Shown: in pieces, positions 43,454-55,750 of the stretch
Layout of the letters: each line of letters begins with the position of its first letter
Position numbering within the stretch: position 1 is the stretch's first letter
DNA from: Kondoa subrosea
Taxonomy: Eukaryota
Direction of reading: 5' to 3'
Assembly (NCBI GenBank): GCA_039545335.1
Contig: BCIN01000002.1
Location: 1,377,118 to 1,441,117 of the forward strand
DNA: 64,000 nt
The notes under the pieces: generated by a model
Told to the model about the DNA's origin: nothing
Database searches by the model: none
What the model saw: the letters and a program-made list of their open reading frames with translations, nothing else
Translations under genes and position numbers: made by a program

Positions 43454-43907
43454 GTCGACTTATTGACGAATCGCTGCCAGGTGAAATCAGCGTGCGACTG
43501 TTTTGGATCGCTCTTGGCTTACGTGTGGTAGCTTATGTGTGAGCGGAGGCGTTGCTCTGACAATCTCCCTTTGTCCAGAAGTGGTTGCTTTCCAAGACCT
43601 TCTCCTTCGAGTTCGAGGATTGTCTTCTAGCAACGGCTACATTGAGCATACCTACCTTGGTATACCACACAGACTCACCGAACAGCAGATAAAGAGAGCC
43701 TTATCAAGCGGCCCGTCGTTCCTATACCGAAAGAGCCCCTCCTCATCTGGAACATTTGTCGAATTAACTACAACTTTCAAGCCCACGTGTGCTATGCTGG
43801 TCTCAACGTTATAGCCAGGACTCTTTTGCTTCCCCCCCCCTCTAGCTCTGCACGGTACACTTGTCAGGGAAGCCAATACTTAGAGGATTCCAAGAGCAAA
43901 GCAAAAT

Positions 43908-46900
43908 ATGGTCTCCTTGCAGAAAGTGCAGACACTCTTGGCAGACAAAGTCTGGCAACCAGTCAAACGTTTCAGTGGTCGACACTTGAACTTCTACAGG
44001 GTTCATTTGCTTTACTTCACTTTCACCCCTTTAATCTTCAGCGCGATCTTTTGGGCTTGCAACAACGATGTAGATCCGATCCCTTTTGTGGACTGTCTTT
44101 TGATGTGTACTTCTTCGTGAGTTGACAATCTATTCTCCCAGACAAGAACTGACAAGAATTGTTCAGAATGACGTGAGGTTGCTGTTGGTCACAGATCTGC
44201 ATGTTGAGCTAATGCCGATATATCAGCGTCACTGGCCTCAACAGTGTTACTTTCGTCAGACTAGGGATGGGCCAACAAGTCATCCTATTCATTCTCATGT
44301 GTGGAGGATCTTTGACCTCAGTCTCGCTCGTTACCATCTTGATTCGACGAAGTTTCTTTCGAGCCAAATTCGAGCGAATGGTTCAAACCGATCCAAACGC
44401 AAGAAGAAGAGTAGAAATGATTGAAAAAGCTCAATTGCAAGCGGAAGGCAAATCCGCTCATCGACTTTTGCATCCAAAAAGATTGTTTGGTAATGGGAAA
44501 TATATGAGTGAAGATCTTGGCGATATGGATGGGACTACTGTTGTTGATCCATCATTGTCACCTGCTGTTTCAGTTTCTGGAGAAAAGAAGGGCAAAAGGG
44601 AAAGAGCGAAAAAGAAGATTAACAAATTCACTACCGATATGATTCATCGTGTGGAACAACCTGGTCAAGTCCAACGTATCATAGACAATTTGGCAACGGA
44701 CAGGGAAACGGCTGAAGCGGAACAGCAGCAAGCTGCACCATCACCTCCTTCAGCGAAATTGGCTATTGATAATTCTGCTGTACTTGAAGCAGATGACGAA
44801 GGGGAAGATCGAGGGCCAACACTCAAACAGCGGAGAGGATCTGTCAGATCTAGTCCTATGCGAAAACGCCCTTCTGCTTCTTCCGATCCCAAGTTCATGG
44901 CTAGCCCTACTGAATTCTCCCGATCAAGTATGCCCGAGGACGCTGCTGACAGCTCGTCCGAGGAAGAAGATACACCGAATAGACCAACATTCCCAAGAAA
45001 AAGAAGGGCAAGCGAAAGTATTCCCAGGACAAGAAACAATTCGCTTGATCTGAAGTTTCAACGAGTCAAGACAATGGGTAAGTCGGTTATGGAATAGCAA
45101 GATATCTGCTAATCTGAAAGTACAGCTAATCCCGTCGCTGTCGAAAGCTCAACAGAAAGACCGTTTCCTCGCTCAATGACTATCGAATTCGCAAGTCCAG
45201 ATCGCGATCACGATCATCGCAGTCCAGCCGAAAACTCTGATCTCCGAAGAAGAGCTTTCCATAGTGATCAGCAAAAGAGAAGGAAACCCTCTATTTCTAC
45301 TTCGGCTTTCCCTCGAACCAGAACAGGCAGAAGCAGAGCTGCCTCAACTCGTCATGAAGGATTTGGCGGTTTCCCTAATCCCATCTCAATAGTCGCCAAT
45401 CTCGCGTCAAATGCAGTAGGCAATGTTCATCGAACGCTTACGATGCAACCCACCCAGACTCAAAATGTGAACAACTTCCGTTCACATTCTACGTTTCAAC
45501 GAACAGGCACTGTAGCCTCCGCAAGAGATCTTTCAGATCCGAAACCTGTTAATTATATTACCTTTGACGCGATTGTTGGTCGCAACAGTCGATTCCGGTC
45601 TCTTACTTCAGCTCAGGAAGCAGAACTTGGTGGAGTCGAATATCGAGCTCTTTCTACTCTCTGGAAGATTGTACTTGGCTATTGGTTGGGCTGTCAACTT
45701 ATGGTAGCCCTTATGGCCGCTCCTTACCTGGCTCGATCCGAATTCCGACCTATCTTCCAAAGCGAAAACGCGAACTCAACATGGTACACCTTCTTCAACA
45801 TCTGGTCAGGATTCAGTAACAACGGAATGAGTGTGCTCGATTCAAGCATGACTCAATTCCAGTCGACTTACTTCTGGATATTACTCATGATTTTTCTCAT
45901 TCTCGCCGGGAACACCTGCTTCCCTATTTTCCTTCGGTTTATCATTTACATTCTGTCAAGAGTGTCTCCGGAAGATTCGCAATTTCGTGAAACATGTCAA
46001 TTCCTCCTGGATCACCCTCGGCGGTGTTTCCTCTATTTATTTCCTTCTTACCAAACTTGGTTCTTGGTCTTTATCGTCCTCACTCTTACATGTACCGATT
46101 GGGCAGCTTTCATGGTACTCGATATTGGCAATGCGACTTTGGAAGCGATTCCGCTCGGCACAAGATTCATTGACGGATTGTTCCAGTCGACCGCTGTAAG
46201 AGCTGCTGGATTTGGGATCGTCAGTATCGCCGCTGTTGCTCCTGGTCTGCAAGTATTATATGTCATTGTGAGTCTTGCCAGATTGACTCCAAGAAATATG
46301 CTAACAAGTGTGCAGATGATGTACATCGCAGTCTATGTGTGTTGATCCCGTTGATTCACTGTGAGTCAATTGCTGATATTCGTGTAGCCTATTGCTTTGT
46401 CTATTCGGTGAGCTGATTCAATTCCCACTTTGCTCGAGAGCTAAGTAAAATACAGGTCGACTAACGTCTACGAAGAACGATCGATGGGCATATTCGACGA
46501 AGACTCGGATGAATCAGATATCGAAGCTGAATTCGACAGGAAACCTAACGCTGGCGGCTATATCGCTTATCATGCTCGAAAACAGTTGGCTTTTGATCTT
46601 TGTCGGTACTCTTGAGATTAGTCGTGATGGTTTACTGATGGTTCTGCGTGTTTGTAGGGTGGCTAGTTTTAGCTTTGTTCTGCAGTAAGCTTATGATCCT
46701 GCCTGACCGGGAGTTTCCTAATGCAGTGATCTTCAGTATGTATCGTCGAGGTGTGTGAACTTGAGTTGTCGTCGAATGGAAGCTAACCTGTCGACTAGCG
46801 AGCGGAAGTCGAAGATGATTCCACGGATACCTGGTTCAATGCTTTCACGAGTTCGCCTTCGTCTACCACGTAATATTTACAAGCTGATTGTCGATATAGT

Positions 46901-47444
46901 CATCTTTGAAATCACGAGCGCATATGGAACGGTTGGCTTGAGTCTCGGATCGCCAGTTGTAAGTCCAAGATACGCTCTGAGATCTGGCTCATCGTATGCA
47001 GACCGGCACTTCACTTTGCGGCTCTTTCAAGACTCTATCGAAGCTGATCATTTGCGCTGTGATGATCAGAGGACGACATAGAGGCTTACCGATCGGTGCG
47101 TGGTTTGCTCAGCTACTTGATATGCACTAATCATGCTCATGCGTTCAGCCATCGATCGCGCTGTCTTGCTTCCGACAGAAATGACCAAGCTAGAGAATCG
47201 CACAGAAACCAATCGAAGTCTACGATCTGCTCGGCGCAGCTCTTCAGGTTGGGCAGTAGAGGAACAACTAGAACATCCGTCTGGAGATATCGATGCACCT
47301 GCTATATCGCCTAATCCCAATCTTCGCTTTACCGATAATGCGCATCTTCGATCACCAAGCAGAGATGAGGAAGGAATGCAGATGTCTGATCTAAGCAGCA
47401 AGACTGAAGGCGGCAATAGTTCTGGTAGTTTGAAGGAAGCTTAA
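43908..47444 (+). CDS. TRK1: Trk/HKT family potassium transporter
   Basis: NFYRVHLLYF; four pore loops MTVTGLN, FSNNGM, AVRAAGF and SAYGTVGLSLG; ELGGVEYRAL; LDHPRRCFLYLFP; RSTNVYEERS; RGRHRGLP. Confidence 0.93.
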
Positions 47445-47686
47445 GTCCGGGGTGGTTTTATATTGTATATGTGTATGTTCGCATTATTTGTTATATAGCT
47501 GCATTGCCTGCATCAAATACATCTTGTACTTGTGCATTCGTCGATAATTACCCCGGCTCCTTTGCCTCCACACTTCAGAAATTTAGCCGACGCTTCGATA
47601 GACTGCTACGACCGACCATACGAGCATCAGCGTTGTTCTGAGTTCCTCTTTTCCCACACAAACACAGACGACTTGCAAAAACAGCA

Positions 47687-50368
47687 ATGCCACTCAGCGG
47701 ACAGGATATAGCGAAGCACAATAACAAGGAAAGCTGCTATGTGATTGTGCATGGCAAGGGTATGTTAAGAGCAGCCTGTTCAGTAGCAACTCCATTCGCT
47801 CATGCCCATGCTTCTTCCCGCCAGCTTACGATGTGACCGAGTATGCATCATATCGTTGTCTTCTATCTTATCCAGACAGCTGATAGCTGCCTTCAGGTTT
47901 CTACCAGAACATCCTGGTGAGCGTCCATCAATCTGCTGCAATGGCCGAAATCTGATTGGCTTGTTCCAGGTGGTCAAGGAATTATGTCCGTCTTTAAGAT
48001 CCGTTCTGCGTTGTAAGAACTGATGTGAAGTGAATAGCTTGAAGTATGCAGGAAAAGATGCAACAGAAGCCTACGAGTATGCCTAAAACCATTCCGGTGA
48101 TTGCTTGCTCATGTTACTGGTGCAGACCCATTCATCCACCGGATACTCTGGACAAGTATTTGCCTAAAGAAAAGCACCTAGGACCAGTGGATATGAGCAC
48201 CGTCGTCAAGGCAGAGAAGAAGCTCACTGACGAAGATCGAGCTTTGGAAGAGCGAAGAAGAAACAAGCCGCCTCTCGATCAAGTTCTCAACTTATGTATG
48301 CGAGAGATTGGAAAGTCAACGTCGTCTCCTCTGATTGCATTGCTGTTGCAGACGATTTTGAGGCCGTCGCGAAGACGACTCTTTCAGCTCAAGCATGGGC
48401 ATACTGTGTGTTTCTTCTGCCATTGCGAAGCCGTGGTCAACTGACTTGGCGATAGACTCATCTGGAGCTGACGATGAAATCACGATGCGAGAGAATCGTT
48501 CCGCGTTCCAGCGTCTCTGGTTCAGGCCGAGAATTTTACGAGATGTTACCAAGGTGGATTACAGCACTACTATGTTAGGAACCAAAGTCAGTTTGCCGGT
48601 ATACATGACTGCCACTGCGTTGTTCGTCTTGATTCATTGCTCTTTGCTCGCAATCGTTGACTGCTAAAACCTGTAGGGGCAAATTAGGGTGAGCTAGCAT
48701 AGCAAAATATCACCTAAAGAAGTGTTGAGCCGTACTATCCACAGGCACGCAGATGGAGAACTCAACCTGACAAAAGCTGGCGCCAAACATAACATTATCC
48801 GTACGTGCTCTTTTTCGCTCGTGAACAGTTTCTCAAATAGCTACAATGGTCTGCAGAAATGATACCAACTCTAGCATCCTGCTCCTTCGATGAAATGGTC
48901 GCAGCAGCAGCTAAAGATCAAGTCCAATGGATGCAACTTTACGTCAACAAAGATCGAGAAATCACAAAGAAGATTGTACAGAAAGCGGAAGAAGTTGGCA
49001 TCAAAGGATTGTTCATTGTAAGTCAACATATCATTTCTTATGACAAGACTTCTCTCAACAGGGATTCCTTCAGACCGTAGATGCACCTCAACTTGGTCGT
49101 CGAGAGAAAGGTGAACACTCGCCACTAACGCTATTGAAGTAGGCTGACTGTCCATATCATAGATATGAGAATGAAGGTGGATATTGGTCATATCGCTCAG
49201 TGATCGTCTCTGATGCAGGTCGATTTCAGTTTGCCGATGAGGGTTCTAATGTACAAAAGGTCAGCTTTAGCGTTCCCCAGCTCAAGTCTATGCTAATTCC
49301 CACATATAGGGTGATGCATCAGTCGACAAATCGCAGGGTGCAGCGAGGGCTATATCATCATTCATTGATCCCGGTCTATCCTGGAAGGACATAGATTGGG
49401 TCCGTTGATTCATGCTTTCGGCTGCCTAGTACTGATTTGTCAACAGTTCAAAAGCATTACCAAAATGCCCATTATTTTGAAAGGTGAGTATTACCTAAAT
49501 GCAAAATGCCCATTATTTTAAGGGTTTCTATTACGCAAGGTGTTCAATGTTGGGAAGATGCTGTTATGGCCGCGGAAGCTGGTCTGCAAGGTGTTGTGCT
49601 ATCAAACCAGTATATGTCTCACCTTCTCTGCACGCTACATGACTGACGGAGTCATTCAGCGGTGGTCGCCAACTTGATTTCGCTCGATCGGGTATTGAGA
49701 TTTTGGCGGAAGTGGTTCATGAGCTCAAGAAGAGGAATCTGTGGGGAGATCACTTTGAGGTGTATATCGATGGAGGTGTAAGACGAGCAGGAGATGTTCT
49801 CAAAGCTGTAGCTCTCGGAGCGAAAGGTGTTGGAGTGAGTTGGACAAGTCTGCAAGCTGTTGTTGTCCAGCGCTGATGGATTTTTTAGATTGGAAGAGCC
49901 TTCTTATATGCCTACTCTGCATATGGTCATGAAGGCGTTTCTCATGCTATTCAGATTCTGAAGGACGAAATGGAAATGAACAGTAAATTTCTCTCTAACA
50001 TACTTCTCCCTTTTTCTTACTGATGTGACTAATCACAGTGCGATTGAGTCAGTGGCTCGCTTGGGCAATTCAATTACTTTACTAAACTTTCTTCAGTTGG
50101 AGCTCCAACTCTAGCGGATGTAGTGCCTTCCATGGTCGACACAAGTCAAATCGCAAGCAGAGGAACATCATTCCCTAACGATAACCTGTTCGCGCATAAC
50201 GTGAGTACACTTCACTTCATATCGATTTGTCTAATCAATAATATAGTACGAACCTTTACCTGCTTTGGTGACTGGCGGAGGTCTCGAGGTGAGTTGTCAT
50301 CGCTCGTAATGATTGTGATATTAACTTCGCTTCAGGCAAAACAACGCAATCCCGGGGCAAAGCTCTGA
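47687..50368 (+). CDS. Flavocytochrome b2-like FMN alpha-hydroxy-acid (L-lactate) dehydrogenase with PTS1
   Basis: b5-type HNNKESCYVIVHGK..FLPEHPGG; YSSGADDEIT; FRPRILRDV; VDAPQLGRRE; LSNHGGRQLD; DGGVRR; ends NPGAKL*; more than 20 introns. Confidence 0.92.
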
Positions 50369-50637
50369 ATCATGTCGATATGCATTTGTCTTTGTCTGCG
50401 TTTGTTTCAACGTGTGCTTAGTCTTGTACAGGATCTGTGTCATTGCATGATGTTGTTCCGTCTGTGTATGCATGGATTGTTGCAGTAATTCTCTGACCAC
50501 AAAATAACTTCGGTCTTGTCTTGCACGGCCAAGCTTTGAAGCCAGATACCGAATCAGAGATATCCCTATTAGCTATACCTTACTGTTATCGTAGTACGTG
50601 GTTGGACCTACGTCGCCGTGGTTTGCAGTAGCGCAGC

Positions 50638-51977
50638 ATGGTCTCTCTGCCTCCTGAATTAGTCATTCAAGTCTTGGATCATTACCAGTGCGAGGCACGA
50701 ATCAACGAACTGGCTGCTTTGTCATGTCTGTCATCCGATGTATATCACCTTGTCGCACCTATGCTGTACAAATATCTAGACTCTCAAGATTTGGAACATC
50801 CGAAAATGCATCAAGCCCTGCGCAAGCACGGTCACTGGGTCCAATCCGCCTCCATCTGTTTAGCTGAAACTCCCTTCACGCATCTTGACAATTTGGCGCT
50901 TTGCTGCAATGTCATTGAACTCAAAGTCACTTTCGACAGTCAGAATGAAGAGTTTGCGGACAAACGAGGCGCTCTGCCAATGCCGATCCTGAATGCTTTG
51001 AGTCGCTTGGGTAAATTGAGTTGTCTGCACCATGTCAAGGTCGTAACCATATCACTTTTTGGTCCGCTCTATTCTCTTAATCGAATGCGCAATTCGATTC
51101 TTTGCAACTGGCTACGCAAATGCAAAGCTCTTATTCGAGTGAAAGTCTTAAGCGAAGGCGAGGTCACTTATGTCCTTTCAAAGTCGCAGGAGGAAAAGAG
51201 CAAAAGTATACAATGCGACTCAATTGATAGCTGGTACATTGCTGCTGCCACACACCTGCAGAAACTAACAGGATTACGTGAGTACCATATACCTCCATAC
51301 TTGTAATTCGGGCTAAGCCAGGAGCGATAGGACATGACTTCTATACCTGCTACCTTATCGGTGATCTATGGCAAGAGGAAGAGTACGCTTCAGCTCTCGG
51401 AACACTCTTCGCAGCAGTCAAGACCGTCCGAATCACCGGCTACACCTATGTCGGAGATTCTGGAGCAAGCTTACGTCCTCTCGCAAATTTTACCAATGTT
51501 TCCAATATTCAGCTTTTGGCGGATGAAGATCTATCTGGCGAAGAGCCGGAAGCCATCCTCTCTGCTCTAAGTCATCACAAATTCTTACAAATCTTAGCTA
51601 TCGATCAGTGGCTGATAGAAGAGGAGAAGCCTGACTTACTCAAACGTTTTGGTCTGTTTACGATTCCGACAAATTTTCCTGCTCTTAAAGTAGTTCAAGT
51701 CTGGTGGGATGACGAAGAATCAAACCTTAGTTCTGTCAGCTTGTACTACTTTTGGAAATCATTGAAAGAGCTCGCTTTGGCTCGTTCGTCTATCAGCTAT
51801 GAAGTGCATGAGATGTCGAGAGCAGACATGTTGGAAATGCATGATCGAGCTGGAGAAGAAACGATGTGTGCTGCTGTGCAAGGAGACAGGTTGCGATTGG
51901 GTGAGGGAAGGGAAGGATCCTCCCGTAGGGAATGGCTCCAGAAATCGGCTCAAGGTAGACCGGTCATCGAAGAGTGA
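50638..51977 (+). CDS. F-box protein (tandem paralog A)
   Basis: MVSLPPELVIQVLDH..LAALSCLS..APMLYKYL; one intron (~51278-51330) joins to the 51516 ORF frame. Confidence 0.72.
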
Positions 51978-52582
51978 GACGTCGGGCATTTCTCTTCCTG
52001 CTCAGAACGTAGTTCATCCCTCCGCTTAATACGTCCGAAGAACAACTCAAACACTTCATATCTCTTCTTCGTGTCATGACTTTGGCTTAGAAAGAGAATG
52101 CATTCCAGATGCATGTAATGAAAGCAGAAGATACCAAGATGCCAGGATCTGATGTTGGATTGGATTCCTTTATGGTTATGGTTCAACTTGAAAGTTCTAA
52201 GACTACTTGTACTTGGGCAAGAGCGTAGACAGAAGCAGCCTTCCTCGCGAGCGATGCAAGAGTTGGCACTTTGAGTTGAAGCGAGTTTCAAGGAGGTGCC
52301 TGCTTCCTCAAAAGAAGAGATTCTGGCTATATGATGATTGAAGTGACATTGCGGCCGTGTTGCTGAGGCTTGACTGTAGAGTGAGCGCGTCCGGGTGACC
52401 GACCTGATATATCTACTAGCCACATAAAGTCTGCTCACATATTATGTGTATAATGTTGTTCGACCTTCGACCCATACCACGAGATACCGTGCCAATTGGA
52501 ACAACATACGCCTGAGTATCAGCGCTCTTCGGCGTCGATCTGGGGCTGAAGGAAAGCCTGAGCTTCAGCTAAAGCATCGAAA

Positions 52583-53906
52583 ATGCAAACAATGTCCAAG
52601 CTTCCGCATGAACTCTGGCTAGAGGTCCTGTCGCAAGTCGATTCTCTGCAGCAGGAAGAGAGAATGGCAGACTTGCTTTCTCTGTCTTCTGTTGATCGCA
52701 CCTTGCATTCGCTCAGCCAGACATTCATCTACAAGCTACTCTGTCCCGAGCATCTGGTCCATCCAGCTCTGACGAAAGCGCTAGACAACGCACATCTTGC
52801 CAATGCAGTCAAGTGGGCAACCGCATGCTTTTCTACGGAATCATCGCAAGATTTTGAAGTAGTAATGGCTAATCTGATGCGATGCGTTAAAGTAGACACT
52901 TTCTCTCTTGAAATCGATTGTCTACAGGCTCGTGAAGATGAGATTGGCTGGCTCTTTGATTGTTTGCCCAAAAGGCTTGCATTACTACCGCTGTTGTCTC
53001 AAGTAAAGCGCATCGAGATCTCTTTTCTCGGTCCTCATCTCTACCTATATCAGCTACGCGTCTGGAATATATATGGCTGGCTTCCCCTTTGCATGTCATT
53101 AAGGTCGTTCAAGATTTGGATGGATCATAGTCTCGCGTGGTCTTTGAGCGATGCTAGAGCTTGTCAGGGAGAAATGGAGGGAAGGCATGAGGTAGATGAC
53201 GGCTATGGCAATTCAGCGTTACATCTGCAAGACATCACGAGATTGACGGTAAGTGCTTTGGTCCTCACCTTGTGCTTCCCATCGAACAAATGGCTTAACA
53301 TTCTTGTAACAGCACACTCTTTACTCCGTATGGTTACCCGACGATGTCATCTTACCATTTCTGCATTTACCGGCTATCAAATCAATGTTGGCTTCTATCC
53401 GTTCTATCGTTTTCCCTATATATGAAGATTACCTCGAAGACACTGACGTCAGAGAACTGATCAGATCTCTTCCTACACTTCACACTGCTATTCTACTGCA
53501 ACATAAGATCGAAGATTGGTCACCGGTCTCGACCTTCGTAATCCTTTCCGAACTGTCCGCATCTTCCACCTTATCCACCATAGTATTAGACATGCATTTA
53601 GCGGATTATGCGCTGGATGAAGGCTTTCTTGCCATGCAAGATCTTCTCAATCTTTTAGTCGATGCAACAACCTATCGAGCTTTACAAGTAGTACAACTGA
53701 TCTGGCCTGAAGACTACGTTTTAGATCCGGACATGAAGAAGATCTATACATACATGAATTCCATAGCAGCGAAGAGACGGCAACTCGAATGGCAGATTCA
53801 CACCAAAACGAATCAAGCATTGTCAAGATTAGAAGACGAGGCATCAGATGAAGGTTTCCACAGGAGCTGGAAAGAAAACGTCATAACTGGCTGGTTCGAC
53901 TTTTAG
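52583..53906 (+). CDS. F-box protein (tandem paralog B)
   Basis: MSKLPHELWLEVLSQV..LLSLSSVDRTLHSLSQTFIYKLL; one intron (~53249-53312); collinear similarity to paralog A. Confidence 0.72.
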
Positions 53907-54188
53907 GCAAAGAGTAATATGGACTGGCGATCTATGCATATATTGTGTAGCACAGTAAGGGATGATTGCGCAGGATTGGTAGTCGACGCCGGTAGATCTA
54001 GGCGATGTAGTGCAGATGGCTGCGCCGTTTTGCCATCCGTGAAATTTATTCGCGTTCTCAATGACCTCGACAAACACTGAATAATTTGTAATGCCAAGCA
54101 CAAGCATCCCGCTCGTTCTCCAAGCTCTTCCTTTGTCTCTTCTCTGTTCGACGTCACGCCTTTGGAGCTTATTAGCCATATCGTTTCA

Positions 54189-55668
54189 ATGTCCAACCAC
54201 AAGCATTCAGACCGAAACCAAAATGACAAGGTTCTAGATATCGCTTTTTTAATCTGTGATGAGCCTGCGGAAAGCACATTGCAGAAGCATGGCGGCTTCG
54301 ATGATCTGTTAGCTATACTTCCTGCTTTCCAATCGACTACTGACTTCCCCTTTCTGCCAGACTCAATCACCTCATAGAGCCAATACTTAAAGAATCAGAC
54401 GAAAGCATCAAGCTTGATGTGAAGGGCTATGATGTGGTGTATAAGCGACAGTATCCAACCATTGAAGACTTGAAGAAGATCGACTGCGTAATCATTAGCG
54501 GATCTTGTATGCCCTCCTGGTGTTTCTCGGATTTGCGTCCAAGCTGATTTTGTTTCGTGCAATAGTCGTAGAAGGTCCGTCAATGCGATGATTATCTGCT
54601 ACCTTTGGTCTGACTGCTACGCTGCAGATGCTCATGTCGACACGCCATGGATATCTCGATTGGCTGGATATGTCGTGTATCTGCATGATGAATGGCCGTA
54701 AGTTCTACGGATTTATCTGTTGATATACGACTGACTTTGCGGGATAGATCGATACGCATTATCGGTATATGCTTTGGTGAGCCTGACTATCGTCTCGTGT
54801 TCTGCTATCTCATGGTCTCTCTTACAGGCCATCAGATCATCTCAAGAGCTTTTGGAAGTCGAATAGAGAAGAACGATCAAGGTCCATTTATCGTTGCAGC
54901 TGTTGCAACTTATATTGAGTTTTTTTCTTATAGGATGGGAAATTGGTAAGATATTCTCAGTACTTCTCGAAAAAGTACTCATATAGCAATATAGGCAGTA
55001 CTGTTCTAACTTTGACAGAAGAAGGCCAATCTCTGTTATCCACACCCGGGAATAACGAGAAAGAGCTTGTGAGTTTGTCGCTATGCCTATATTTGCAAGC
55101 AACTGATAATGCACCAGCGCATACAACAAATTCACTCTGATCATGTCACTTCCATTCCAGAAGAATTCAAACTCCTCGCGTCGAGCAAGAAATGTAAAAT
55201 TCAGTCGCTGGTCAAATATTACGAAGGAGATGTACCAGAATTCACACATGGCGCCAAACTACCACCACCTCCGTACAACAAAGTGTAAGGGATACGCCTC
55301 GCTGTCAACAAGCGCCTGCTTACGGCTGACTGGATGTAGGCATATTCTGACGACTCAAGGACATCCTGAATGGTCTGGTCAAGAAGTAATCATCCCTCTC
55401 GTCGATGGTGTGTGCCAAGTGCTGCCGTTTGAGTTGATTGTTGACAGTCCTACGCAGAATTCTTACGGGACGGGAAGATCGATAAAGAACTTGCAGACGA
55501 AGCTAAAGAAAATGCGAAACGGGTAGGCAACACATCCTGTTGATGGACTTTTGGCTGACGCTACGATAGCCTGACGACGCTCAAGTGTTTGGCCGAGCAT
55601 TGCTCCGAGTCATGGGCGTAGCACATCAGAGAACGCATGAGCTCGCAGAACAGCAAAAGAAGGCATAG
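54189..55668 (+). CDS. Class I glutamine amidotransferase-like protein (GATase1)
   Basis: IAFLICD..VIISGS..PWISRL..IIGICFG|HQIISRAFG (nucleophile Cys); WEIG; QIHSDHV; TTQGHPE (His-x-Glu). Confidence 0.88.
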
Positions 55669-55750
55669 AAGTCCAAGAAACATAGAGCTGATAGATTGCT
55701 CAAAGCATTGTTCATCACGCAGCTGGATCTGCTTATTTTTGCATTAGCAT

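Noticed and set aside
51950..52438. 162-aa minus-strand ORF between the F-box paralogs
   Set aside because: Non-ATG start, composition unlike a real protein, no domain signal.
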